From an uncultured Gemmatimonadota bacterium (lineage in GTDB: Bacteria > Gemmatimonadota > Gemmatimonadetes > Palauibacterales > Palauibacteraceae): 64,000 bases of DNA. The stretch spans positions 44,392 through 108,391 of the forward strand of contig CAZFDK010000002.1 of assembly GCA_964518305.1 (NCBI GenBank), in the 5' to 3' direction. A model generated the notes under the pieces. It did not search any database and had not been told where the DNA came from. It worked only from the letters and a program-made list of their open reading frames with translations. Positions 25,157 to 34,337 of the stretch are shown one piece after another. The position numbers and the translations under genes were made by a program. Within the stretch, counting starts at the first letter, position 1, and every line of letters starts with the position of its first letter.

Positions 25157-25585
25157 TCAGTCTCCCCCCTGTCCGGCTTCGCCCTCCCCGAACCAGCCGA
25201 GCACGTCCGACGCTCGATCGCGGGGCACCACGCGCTTCTCGATCACCGGCTCGCCGGAGGAGTCCTCTTGCAGCCGGCAGGACTGCACGAGCCTGACGGG
25301 CTCGCCGTCGGCCCTTCGGACGCTGACCTCGGCTCCCGACACTGCCCGCCGTCTCAGCAGCTCCCGGATCAGATCCTCCCGGTCGTCCATGTCCAGATAG
25401 AAATCGGTCGTGGACCGGCCCACGAGTTCACGTGCGCGCTCCATCCCGAGCAAGCGGGCCATGGCCTCGTTGGCCTCCAGAACCTCTCCCCCGAGTGAGA
25501 CCCGGCACGTGCCGATCTCCTCTGCTCCGGCCGCGTCGTCGTGCCCCCGTCCCCCGGTTCCGCCGTCTTCCCTGGACTCCGCCAT
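25157..25585 (-). CDS. PAS-domain protein
   Basis: 142 aa, ..LEANEAMARLLGMERARELVGRSTTDFY..EVSVRRADGEPVRLVQSCRL... ATG at 25585. Confidence 0.5.
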   Translation of the reverse strand: MAESREDGGTGGRGHDDAAGAEEIGTCRVSLGGEVLEANEAMARLLGMERARELVGRSTTDFYLDMDDREDLIRELLRRRAVSGAEVSVRRADGEPVRLVQSCRLQEDSSGEPVIEKRVVPRDRASDVLGWFGEGEAGQGGD

Positions 25586-25817
25586 GGCTCCGTCCTCCGT
25601 TGCTGCGTACCGCCCCCGGGACGGTCGGCTCCGGCGGCGAGGTCGATCCGCGTACTCGCCCGCCCCCAACACGGGGCGGCGGCACTTTGTTTCAGCCCTG
25701 GTCGAGGCACCCCCCCGCGGGACCTCTGGCCCGGAGCCGCGCATACAAATAGACTCCGAGAGACCACCCCTGACGATCGGGCGGGGTCGAGGTGCCGACG
25801 CCAGCGACGAGGAGCGG

Positions 25818-26474
25818 ATGCAGGTGGAGGAGACGACGGACGCGCAGGAAGCGGCCGGGTCCATCGAGATGGGCTTCGGCGATCTCGTGGTGGACGCCGG
25901 GGCACACGTGGGCCACTTCTACCAGACCGAATCCGAGCGGCTGGACCTCATCACCCCGTTCCTGGCACGCGGCGTGCGCCAGGGGGACCGCTGCGTATAC
26001 CTGGCGCAGCCCGAGGAGAGCCGGGAGGATCTCCTCTCGTCGCTGGCCGACACGGGGCTGGACGTCGAGCGGGCGGTCGACGAGGGCCGGCTCGAGGTCC
26101 GCGACGGCCTGGAAAACCCGTCCGAGCTCGAGCGCCTCCTCACCGACAACGCCGAGCTGGTTCCCTCCACCTACCCGATCCTCCGGTGGGGCGGCGATAT
26201 GATCTGGTCCCGCGAGAAGATGTCCGACAGCCGCTCCCTCATGCAGTGGGAGACGGCCTGCAACACGTTCCGGCACCGTGATCGGGCCGTCTTCTTCTGT
26301 CAGTATCAGCTGTCGGAGTTCTCCGGCGACGTGGTCATGGACGCCCTCCAGACCCATCCAGTCACCATCGTCGGACGATCCGTGCAGGAGAACTCGCTCT
26401 ATCGGGAGCCCGAACGATTCCTGGCCGAGCTGGAGAGCCGGGCGGGCGAATCCCCCGAGGAGCCCATCGCCTGA
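25818..26474 (+). CDS. MEDS-domain (DcmR-like sensory) protein
   Basis: AHVGHFYQTESERLDLITPFLARGVRQGDRCVYLA..AVFFCQYQLSEFSGDVVMDALQTHP. ATG at 25818. Confidence 0.6.
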   Translation: MQVEETTDAQEAAGSIEMGFGDLVVDAGAHVGHFYQTESERLDLITPFLARGVRQGDRCVYLAQPEESREDLLSSLADTGLDVERAVDEGRLEVRDGLENPSELERLLTDNAELVPSTYPILRWGGDMIWSREKMSDSRSLMQWETACNTFRHRDRAVFFCQYQLSEFSGDVVMDALQTHPVTIVGRSVQENSLYREPERFLAELESRAGESPEEPIA

Positions 26475-26485
26475 AGGGGGTTCTG

Positions 26486-28630
26486 ATGGTGCCTCCCCGG
26501 GACGCCGCGCACGGAAGCCCGACCGCCAGGCCGACCGGGCCGAAGTCCGCCTCCGGCGACGCCGGGGGCGCACGGTTCTGGATGCTGCTGACGGCGCTCT
26601 CCGGCGTGCAGCAGGAGGAGGAATGCGCCAGGCTGGTCGCCTCGGCGCTGCCGGCAGCGGTGTCCTGCGAGCTCGGCGGGCTCGCGCTGCGCGACGACGA
26701 CGGAGAGTGGCGCCTCGAGGTGCACCACGACTCCGAGCCGGTGGGCAGCCTGGACCCTGCCCTCGCGGAGAACCGGCTGGAGCGGTTCCTGGAGGCGCCG
26801 TCCGGGAGGAGCGGGAGCGAGCTGCCGACCACCGCCGGCCTCCCGGTGGAACGGCTCCGCGCTTATCCGCTCCGGACCCTCCGGGACCGATACGGCCTGC
26901 TCCTGGCCGGCGGCCCCGCCGGGGCCGAGTTCGGGGACCGTCAGCAGTACCGGCTGGAGCGGATCGCCGAACAGCTGGCGCTGGTGATCGAGAACCTCCG
27001 GCTCACCAGCTCCCTCCGCTCGTACAGCGAGGAGCTCGAGGGCCTCGTGGAGCGACGGACCGGCGAGCTGCGCCGGTCACGGAGCCGGCTCCGGACGCTG
27101 CTCAGGATCAACAACGCGCTGGTCACTCACCGTGACCGGGCCGACCTCTTCCGGTCGCTGGCCGCCCATCTCCGGGGCGAGCTCGGTCTGGACCGGGCGA
27201 GCATCGCCCTGCACGACCCGGACCGTGACACCGCGATGGTGTGGGCGCTGGAGGCCGCGGAGGAGTCGGGCACCGGCGGCGTCCTGACGACCGGCAAGAC
27301 GTTTCCCATCGAGGACAGCGGCATGGAGGATCTGCTGCGGGAGGGCGAGGCCGACCACGCCCGGGACCTCCGGGCGGAGAAGGAGCTCGGGGAGACGCGG
27401 CGGGAGCTCCGGGAGGCCGGAATCCGTTCGTACGTCAGCGTCCCGCTGCGCAGCCGCGGCGAGATCCTCGGCTCCCTGCACGTGGGAAGCAGGGAGCCGG
27501 ACCACTACGACGCCGACGACGCCGAGTTTCTGAGCCACGTGGCGGACCAGGTCGCTCTGGCCGTGGAGAACGTGCTCGCCTTCGAGCGCATGGAGGACAC
27601 CTCCGAGCGGCTCCGACAGGAGAACCGCTACCTGCGGAAAGAGGCGCTCGAGCAGCCAGCTTCGGAGGAGATGGTCGGCGAGAGTCCCGAGCTCGAGGCC
27701 GTTCGCCGAAAAGTCCGGCAGGTGTCCGCGACCGGCGCCACCGTGCTCGTCACCGGGGAATCCGGCACCGGCAAGGAGCTGGTGGCACACCGCATCCACC
27801 AGCTCAGCGATCGCAGCGACCGGCCCCTCGTGACGGTGAACTGCGCCTCCATACCTCGCGACCTGTACGAGAGCGAGTTCTTCGGGCACGCGGAGGGGGC
27901 CTTCACCGGCGCCGTGCAGGAGCGCGAAGGTCGCTTCGCCGCCGCCGACGGGGGGACGCTCTTCCTCGACGAGATCGCGGAGATTCCGCGCGACCTCCAG
28001 GCCAAGCTCCTCCGCGTCCTCCAGGAGGAGGAGTACGAGCGTGTGGGAGAGGAGCGGACGCGCACGGCGGACGTTCGGATCATCGCCGCCACGAACCGCG
28101 ACCTCCGTGCGGCCGTCCGGGAGGGGAGCTTCCGCAAGGACCTCTTCTTCCGGCTCAACGTGTTTCCCATCGAGGTCCCGCCGCTGCGCCAGCGGAAGGA
28201 GGACATAGGGCCTCTCGCCCGCCACTTCCTGCGGCAGGTGGCCGACGAGCTGGGGCGGCCTGCGCCGCCTCTCCCCGACCGGGAACTGGAGAAGCTCCGC
28301 GCCTACGAGTGGCCCGGAAACGTCAGGGAGCTGCGGAACGTGATCGAGCGGGCCGTCATCACCGCCTCTCCCGACGCTCCACTGGAGATCGCGCTGGCGG
28401 ACGACCACCGGGAGGGAGGCACCGACGAGGGCGCCGGCGCGGGTGTGCCCGGCGAGGGCGAGGTGCTCACCGAGGCCGAGATGGAGCGCCTGCGGAAGCG
28501 GAACACGAAAGCCGCGCTGGAGCGGGCGGGCGGCCAGATCTACGGCGAGGACGGGGCCGCGGAGCTGCTGGGGATCCCCCCGACCACCCTGGCGTCACGG
28601 GTCAAGAAGATGGGACTCCGGGAGGAGTAG
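26486..28630 (+). CDS. Sigma-54-dependent transcriptional activator (N-terminal GAF-type sensor region, AAA+ domain, Fis HTH)
   Basis: VLVTGESGTGKELVA (Walker A), ESEFFGHAEGAFTGA (GAFTGA), LFLDEI (Walker B), ELRNVIERA, and C-terminal AAELLGIPPTTLASRVKKMGL. Confidence 0.85.
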   Translation: MVPPRDAAHGSPTARPTGPKSASGDAGGARFWMLLTALSGVQQEEECARLVASALPAAVSCELGGLALRDDDGEWRLEVHHDSEPVGSLDPALAENRLERFLEAPSGRSGSELPTTAGLPVERLRAYPLRTLRDRYGLLLAGGPAGAEFGDRQQYRLERIAEQLALVIENLRLTSSLRSYSEELEGLVERRTGELRRSRSRLRTLLRINNALVTHRDRADLFRSLAAHLRGELGLDRASIALHDPDRDTAMVWALEAAEESGTGGVLTTGKTFPIEDSGMEDLLREGEADHARDLRAEKELGETRRELREAGIRSYVSVPLRSRGEILGSLHVGSREPDHYDADDAEFLSHVADQVALAVENVLAFERMEDTSERLRQENRYLRKEALEQPASEEMVGESPELEAVRRKVRQVSATGATVLVTGESGTGKELVAHRIHQLSDRSDRPLVTVNCASIPRDLYESEFFGHAEGAFTGAVQEREGRFAAADGGTLFLDEIAEIPRDLQAKLLRVLQEEEYERVGEERTRTADVRIIAATNRDLRAAVREGSFRKDLFFRLNVFPIEVPPLRQRKEDIGPLARHFLRQVADELGRPAPPLPDRELEKLRAYEWPGNVRELRNVIERAVITASPDAPLEIALADDHREGGTDEGAGAGVPGEGEVLTEAEMERLRKRNTKAALERAGGQIYGEDGAAELLGIPPTTLASRVKKMGLREE

Positions 28631-28662
28631 AAGAGACGCCGGGGCCCCTACCGGCGGCCCGA

Positions 28663-29367
28663 CTAGCGGACGTATCCCATGTCCCGGGCGTAGTCGGTGA
28701 GCTCCTCCCGCAGCCGCCGACGCGCCCTGTACAGCCTCGACTTCACCGTGCCGACGGGAATGCCGAGCGCCTCCGCCACCTCCTCGTAGCTCTGGCCGTC
28801 CAGGTCCACGAGCACCAGGGTCACCCGGAACTCGTCCCGGAGGCCCTCGACGGCTTCGACCACCTCGCCATCGATCATCTCGTCGAAGAAGGCCGCGTCC
28901 GGCCGCTCGAAGGGACCTTCGGCGTCCGGGAGGTCCGAGTCTCCATCGTAGCTGGATACGCCCTCGAGATCCTCGTAGGCCGCGGACTCGGGCCGGCGGC
29001 TGTCGCGCCGAAACCGGTTCACGAAGCAGTTCCGGAGGATGGTTCGGAGCCACGCGCCGCAGTTGGTGCCGAGCTCGTAGGTGTCCCAGGCCCGGAAGGC
29101 CCGAAGCATGGCCACCTGCACCAGGTCCTCGGCGTCGGCCTCCTCGCCGCCGGTCAGGCGGAGGGCGTAGCCGTAGAGGTCCTCCAGGTGGGGAATCGCC
29201 TCCCTGCGGAACTGATCCTTCTTGCGAGCCTCTCGGTCCGGTGCGTCGGCTCCTGCGGACACAACGTCGAGTGCGTGGCCGGAGCCGGCGGCTGGCGGAA
29301 TCGACTCGGCGGCGAGAGCTTCCATCGGCGTCCTCCCTCGTCTTGTCGGTGGTCCCATCGCTTCCAC
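28663..29367 (-). CDS. ECF-type sigma-70 family RNA polymerase sigma factor
   Basis: Region 2 DLVQVAMLRAFRAWDTY..GAWLRTILRNCFVNRFR and region 4 SYEEVAEALGIPVGTVKSRLYRARRRLRE. The start is uncertain (29367, 29358 or 29325). Confidence 0.8.
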   Translation of the reverse strand: MEAMGPPTRRGRTPMEALAAESIPPAAGSGHALDVVSAGADAPDREARKKDQFRREAIPHLEDLYGYALRLTGGEEADAEDLVQVAMLRAFRAWDTYELGTNCGAWLRTILRNCFVNRFRRDSRRPESAAYEDLEGVSSYDGDSDLPDAEGPFERPDAAFFDEMIDGEVVEAVEGLRDEFRVTLVLVDLDGQSYEEVAEALGIPVGTVKSRLYRARRRLREELTDYARDMGYVR

Positions 29368-29393
29368 CCGTACGTGGGAGCACGCCGCGTGCC

Positions 29394-29445
29394 GAAAGCT
29401 TATTTTCGTTTAACTCTATGTCGATCAACCTATTATAGAATAAGA
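29394..29445 (-). promoter_or_regulatory. AT-rich putative promoter of the ECF sigma gene
   Basis: An AT-rich island in GC-rich DNA. The minus strand reads TATAAT at 29437-29432. No convincing -35 element. Confidence 0.3.
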
Positions 29446-29507
29446 CGGCCCTCCGCGGACGGCACGAGAACTCGTGTACCACGACTAATCGTGACGAATA
29501 TTCGTGG

Positions 29508-31217
29508 TCAGTGGCGGAGGCCGGAGACCCGGTAACCGCGCTCCGGCCCCTGCCAGCTGAGCCAGACCACGGCGCGCCGTCCGCGTCCATCGGGCCGCTC
29601 GGCCCGCAGCTCCAGCCGGGCCAGCGCCTCCTCGTCGGACACCGCCTCGGCGTCCGCGAGCCCGGCGGTCGTGGAGAGCGGCACCGTGACGGACTGTCGC
29701 CGTCCCTCGCGGCCTCCCGTCTCGCCCGCCGCCTCGAGCCCCGCGGCCTCGTGGACGAGGCGCCACCGGTAGGTGGTCTCCTCCGCCCCCCAGGGTCCGT
29801 CGACGAGGCCCAGGTCCCGGAACGAGATCCGCAGCTCGTCCCCGGGGGCAGGCGAGGCCTCCACCTCGGGGTCCTCCACGGGGGTCACCGTCCCGTACCA
29901 GTACTCCACGACCCGGTCGCGCCGGTACTCCAGGATGTCGACCAGCGTGTCCGTGGCCGCCTCGGTGGGCAGACGCCCCGCCTCCACCGCGGCCTGGATC
30001 TGTTCGTCGGTGAAGGTGGCGACCAGCTTCGCCCCCCAGTAGCCGTCAGCGGGTGTCATCGCGTGATACGCCTCGTTGGGCCAGTTGGGCTTCCATTTCC
30101 CGGGGCGGAAGCTCTGCACCGGCAGCCACCCCACCGACGGGTAGATCGGAGCCCACTCCTCCCCCTCCCATCCCGCGCGGTAGAAGCCCAGCGTGACGAG
30201 ACGCTTCGTGGCGGCCCAGAAGTCTACCTGGTACTCGCGACCGTCGCGGGGAGAGTGAGGACGAATGCTCCCGCTGCCGAGCGAGGAGCCCATGTCGATC
30301 AGGTAGTGCCGGAGATACCCGGGGTCCACGTACGAGGCGAGCGTGTTCGCCCATCGGGTGTCCACGTTGTTCAGCCAGGCGGAGACCACGAACAGCCCCC
30401 GCAGTTCCCGCCGGTGCTGGTGGGTGTAGTAGTCGTTCGGATCGTCGCTCCGGGTGCCGCGGAAGTGCCACGGGCCCTTGGGGGTCCCCTCGACGAACCG
30501 GCTGCACACGGCCAGGTACCGACCGTTCGGGAGCTGGCCCGTGAGGTCCAGGAGCTCCCTCAGGTCCTCGCGCGTCATGGGCCGCTCGCCCCTCCGGGTC
30601 GTCACCCGCGCCTCCTCGGAGATCCGCAGGTTCTCCGGCCGGAACGAGACGAGAATGGTCTCGGGCACGTGGTACCCCGCCGCCCAGTAGAACCGGGAGG
30701 CGATCACCTCCGCCGAGGTGGCGAGATGGAAATGCTCCTCGGGGTCGAACTTGAGGATGTACCGCCTCCCCCGTGAGTCCTCCACCGTGAGTCCCGGCGT
30801 GACGCCCTGCGTCTTCGCGTCCAGCACCGTGATCCCCTCGCTCGGGTCCGGCCGGCTGGCGCCGGGCCCCCGGGCCACCTCCTCCGGGCTCATCCGCTCG
30901 CGGTCGTTTCGGTGCTCGAACCAGCTCGAGTTCACCACGTCGTCGAACCGCGTCAGATTCACAGCCGGGTGCTTCTCGCCGACCAGCTCGCGAAAGGAAG
31001 CGCCGTGGCCGATGCCCCGTGTGACGCGATCGAACTTGTCGTCGATCGACCCGCCACCCCGGGCGGCTGGCTCGGCCACGGCCGTCGTGTCCCCGTACGG
31101 GACAGGCTCGGGGCGCAGCGGCACCGGCTGCCTCCCGGCGCAGGCCGACGCGGCCAGGATCGTCCCGGTGGCCGCCAGCAGCGGCAGGAACCGCGCGACC
31201 GCCGGAAAGGCGGACAT
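29508..31217 (-). CDS. Secreted lipoprotein of unknown function with protein/lipid-kinase-like motifs
   Basis: Lipobox GTILAASACAG, plus RYILKFDP, LNNVDTRWANTL and YLIDMGSSLG motifs. ATG at 31217. Confidence 0.5.
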   Translation of the reverse strand: MSAFPAVARFLPLLAATGTILAASACAGRQPVPLRPEPVPYGDTTAVAEPAARGGGSIDDKFDRVTRGIGHGASFRELVGEKHPAVNLTRFDDVVNSSWFEHRNDRERMSPEEVARGPGASRPDPSEGITVLDAKTQGVTPGLTVEDSRGRRYILKFDPEEHFHLATSAEVIASRFYWAAGYHVPETILVSFRPENLRISEEARVTTRRGERPMTREDLRELLDLTGQLPNGRYLAVCSRFVEGTPKGPWHFRGTRSDDPNDYYTHQHRRELRGLFVVSAWLNNVDTRWANTLASYVDPGYLRHYLIDMGSSLGSGSIRPHSPRDGREYQVDFWAATKRLVTLGFYRAGWEGEEWAPIYPSVGWLPVQSFRPGKWKPNWPNEAYHAMTPADGYWGAKLVATFTDEQIQAAVEAGRLPTEAATDTLVDILEYRRDRVVEYWYGTVTPVEDPEVEASPAPGDELRISFRDLGLVDGPWGAEETTYRWRLVHEAAGLEAAGETGGREGRRQSVTVPLSTTAGLADAEAVSDEEALARLELRAERPDGRGRRAVVWLSWQGPERGYRVSGLRH

Positions 31218-31249
31218 CCACGCGCTGATCTCGGGACGGAATCGCCCGT

Positions 31250-32590
31250 TCACGGCTGGACCTCCACGCTCACCTGCACCCTCACTCCCTCGTCCCCGTC
31301 GGCGACGAACCAGCTGGCCAGCGGACCCGCCCGGCTGGCGACCCGCATGCCGAAGCCGTAGGAGGGTCGCCAGTCCGAGGAGGAGACCTCGGACAGCCGA
31401 CGGGCCACCATGCCTTCCTCGAGGAACAGGAAGGCGCCGAGACGGACGCTCTCGCGCGAATCGCGCCACAGCTCGTACCGGTATTCGGCGACGCCGGCGG
31501 CGAGATCGTGGCCCCGGAAGCGGTAGTCCGTATAGGCCCGGGCTCCGAGCTCGTCGCCCAGGCCCGCCAGGTGCGTGAAGGGCACGCCCCGTCCGCCGTC
31601 GGACCGGTTGAACTCGAGGCGTCCGCGGAGGACCAGGCTCTGCCGCATATCGATCGGAAGGTAGCCGTCCCCCCGCAGGCGGATGCGGTGGAAATCGGCC
31701 TCCGTCCCGGTCACCCCGCGGAACAGGGTCGACTCCGCCCCCAGCTCGACGCCCCGGGTCTGGAACAGACGCCTCCGGGTGAAGTCGAGCGCCAGCGAAC
31801 CGCCGGCGCGGACGAACTCCTTCGTGTCGCCGAGTCCGAACAGCTGTTCGGACGTGTACCGGGTCGTGATGTCCGGAACGGCCGGGTCGCCGCCGTCGGC
31901 CGCCTGGTTCTCCTCGTATCCACCCCGGACCCCCAGCCGGATCCAGGACCGCCGCAGCAGACCGAGCTCCGCGTCGCCCCCCCACTGGTCCCACTGGTAG
32001 TCCACGGCGTCCGAAGCGGGCGACGTGGGGCCGACCCCCCAGAACCGGGGCTGTGCCCACCGTCGGAACCAGCCCCGGACGACGAACCGCTCGCCGCTCT
32101 CCGGCAGCTGGAGCCATGCCTCGTGGCGCTGTGATCCGCTCGACGCGTACGCCGACCGGAGGTGAAGGGGCGCCCAGCGGTTCAGGTGGACCTTCGCAGC
32201 CGGCCCGCTCCGGGGCCCGACGGAGCCGACGCCGGGCGAGAGCCCCCAGGCCCGGAGATCGCGATAGGCCACCCTCACCGGCGAGGGAGGCCCCTCTCGC
32301 CCCACCAGGCTAAGGACACTCTGGGTACCCTCCCCCAGGAGCCGGAGGGGGAAGGTGGCCACGGTCCACGGGAAGGTCACCACGTCCACCCAGTCGGTGG
32401 GGGGTTCGGAGGGAGGACGGGCCGCAGTGTCTCGATCCACCGACTGCGCGCGAGCCAGCCCGGCCGGGACCGCGAGGGTCAGGACGGTCGCCAGGACGAG
32501 CGCTCCGCTGAGGCCCGGTTGGCTCCGGCAGCCGGGCCAGCGGGCCGCGCCGCCCGTCCCGGTCGTCTCCCCGTCACTCCCATCAGTCAT
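31250..32590 (-). CDS. Outer-membrane beta-barrel protein (Omp85/D15-like)
   Basis: Signal peptide ..ALVLATVLTLAVPAGLARA-QS, then alternating beta-strand-like segments rich in aromatic residues and Gly to the C-terminus. The ATG at 32590 overlaps the upstream MFS stop by 8 nt. Confidence 0.45.
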   Translation of the reverse strand: MTDGSDGETTGTGGAARWPGCRSQPGLSGALVLATVLTLAVPAGLARAQSVDRDTAARPPSEPPTDWVDVVTFPWTVATFPLRLLGEGTQSVLSLVGREGPPSPVRVAYRDLRAWGLSPGVGSVGPRSGPAAKVHLNRWAPLHLRSAYASSGSQRHEAWLQLPESGERFVVRGWFRRWAQPRFWGVGPTSPASDAVDYQWDQWGGDAELGLLRRSWIRLGVRGGYEENQAADGGDPAVPDITTRYTSEQLFGLGDTKEFVRAGGSLALDFTRRRLFQTRGVELGAESTLFRGVTGTEADFHRIRLRGDGYLPIDMRQSLVLRGRLEFNRSDGGRGVPFTHLAGLGDELGARAYTDYRFRGHDLAAGVAEYRYELWRDSRESVRLGAFLFLEEGMVARRLSEVSSSDWRPSYGFGMRVASRAGPLASWFVADGDEGVRVQVSVEVQP

Positions 32591-34031
32591 CGCTCGAATC
32601 CTGCTCCTCCTGCTCCGGATCCGCCGCTCCCGCCCCGGCTCCTTCTCCGACGTGGTCTTCGTTCGTCTCGGCGGTCATCCCGTCGCTCCGAGCCTCGAAC
32701 TCCTTCCCCAGGTAGCGGACGACCAGTATCCAGCTGCCGATGACCAGCAGCGAGGCGAGCGAGAACCAGCGGACGTGGATCACGGTCAGTGCGCTCAGGG
32801 CCAGATTCAGCCCCACGGCCACCACCTTCCCGAACCGCTGCACGAACATGTCGATGAACGCCTTGGCCTTGTATTTGGCGTCCCGGGAGGTGGGGGTGTA
32901 GAGGGCCTCCTTCGCGGACTGGTTGATCGAATAGTTGAGCGCGTTGTCGCCCACCCGCATGAAGGAGGCGAGGGCGAGCGACGGAACGACCAGGAACCCG
33001 ACGGAGCCCAGCATGGCCACGGCGGGCAGGAACAGGAGCCCGGCCCCGACGCCGAGGTTCCGAAGCACGTAGCTCGTGCCGAACAGCTGGACCCCGATCG
33101 AGACCAGCCCCGTGATCTGACCGATCCGGCCGAAGAACGCGTCCTTGGCCGCCCCCCCGGTGATCTGCTGCTCGACGATCACGCCGAGCTGGAAGTTCAT
33201 GATGTTCGAGACGAGTTCGTAGAGCCCGATCACCGCCGTGATGCCCAGCAGGTACTTCGACGCCAGCACCAGCTTCGCCCCCTCGATGGCGGCCCCGGCG
33301 CCCGGCTCCTCCGCCACCTTCGACTCGTCGTCGCAGTCCTCTTCCTCCTCCGGGCAGCAGGGCTCGTCCCGCTCTTCCTCCTCTCCGCGTCGCTCCCGGG
33401 CCCGCGCGTCGATCCAGTAGGCCAGGAGCACGATCACGGCCACCGGCACGAGCAATCCGACCAGCAGCCAGGCGCGCCCCACGTCCTGCACGAGGCTCGT
33501 GACGACAGTCGCGCCCACGAAGCCCCCGACCACGCCTCCCAGCCCCACGATCCCGTACAGCCTCTCGGCCTCCTCGGACGTCGTGATGTCGTTCGAAAAG
33601 GCCCAGAAGGTGGCCACCATGACCGTCGTCCAGATGTCGCCCGTCACGTACAGGGCCCACACCAGGGGCTCCGACGGAGCATGGATCCGGGTGGCGAACA
33701 GGAGGAACAGGGCCCCGAAGGCCAGGCTGAAGACGAGTATCACTCGCTGCCGCGGCAGCTTCCGGACCAGGACGGTGAACCCCACCACGACCGCGTAGGC
33801 CACGACCATGTTCAGGACCTTGGCGACCTCCTCGGCCTGCGCCCCGCTGAGCTGCCATCCGAAGAGCACCACCGGATGGTTGGCGAAGTAGTCCAGAAGC
33901 AGGCCCCGCTTCATCGGCTTCAGGACCCAGAAGACGGCGATCACCAGGAAGAAGAAGAGCGCCAGGCCCAGGGCGCGGGGCCACTCCCCTCTCCGGATGT
34001 CGAAAAAACGCTCTTTCAGTCGCTCGAGCAT
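32583..34031 (-). CDS. Npt1/Npt2 (TLC ATP/ADP-translocase-like) family MFS transporter
   Basis: MLERLKERFFDIRRGEWPRALGLALFFFLVIAVFWVLKPMKRGL. About 12 predicted TM segments. The central loop is EEEERDEPCCPEEEEDCDDE. Confidence 0.6.
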   Translation of the reverse strand: MLERLKERFFDIRRGEWPRALGLALFFFLVIAVFWVLKPMKRGLLLDYFANHPVVLFGWQLSGAQAEEVAKVLNMVVAYAVVVGFTVLVRKLPRQRVILVFSLAFGALFLLFATRIHAPSEPLVWALYVTGDIWTTVMVATFWAFSNDITTSEEAERLYGIVGLGGVVGGFVGATVVTSLVQDVGRAWLLVGLLVPVAVIVLLAYWIDARARERRGEEEERDEPCCPEEEEDCDDESKVAEEPGAGAAIEGAKLVLASKYLLGITAVIGLYELVSNIMNFQLGVIVEQQITGGAAKDAFFGRIGQITGLVSIGVQLFGTSYVLRNLGVGAGLLFLPAVAMLGSVGFLVVPSLALASFMRVGDNALNYSINQSAKEALYTPTSRDAKYKAKAFIDMFVQRFGKVVAVGLNLALSALTVIHVRWFSLASLLVIGSWILVVRYLGKEFEARSDGMTAETNEDHVGEGAGAGAADPEQEEQDSSDD

Positions 34032-34337
34032 GTGATCGCCGTCGGGCTTCGTTCGGCAGTCGTCGTCTCCGCCACGTTCCGCGGGTCACGCCCGCCGTCG
34101 CGTCGCGGGCGTCGCCGTCGGACCGCCCCCAGAACCCGGCCCCCTCGGCAATCGTTCCTGGTGCTCGCAAGAAGCCCGACCCGGCGTCGCCGAGCGCGCC
34201 GGAACGATGGCTCGACGTCTTCGATTGGTGGGACGCCACGGGCCCGCCCGCCGAAGAAGGAAGCGGCGCCCCCATCGGGCGACGGCCCCGGCGCCCCGGA
34301 GCTCACCGATTCAGATCGCCCGTGCCACCTCGCTGCC

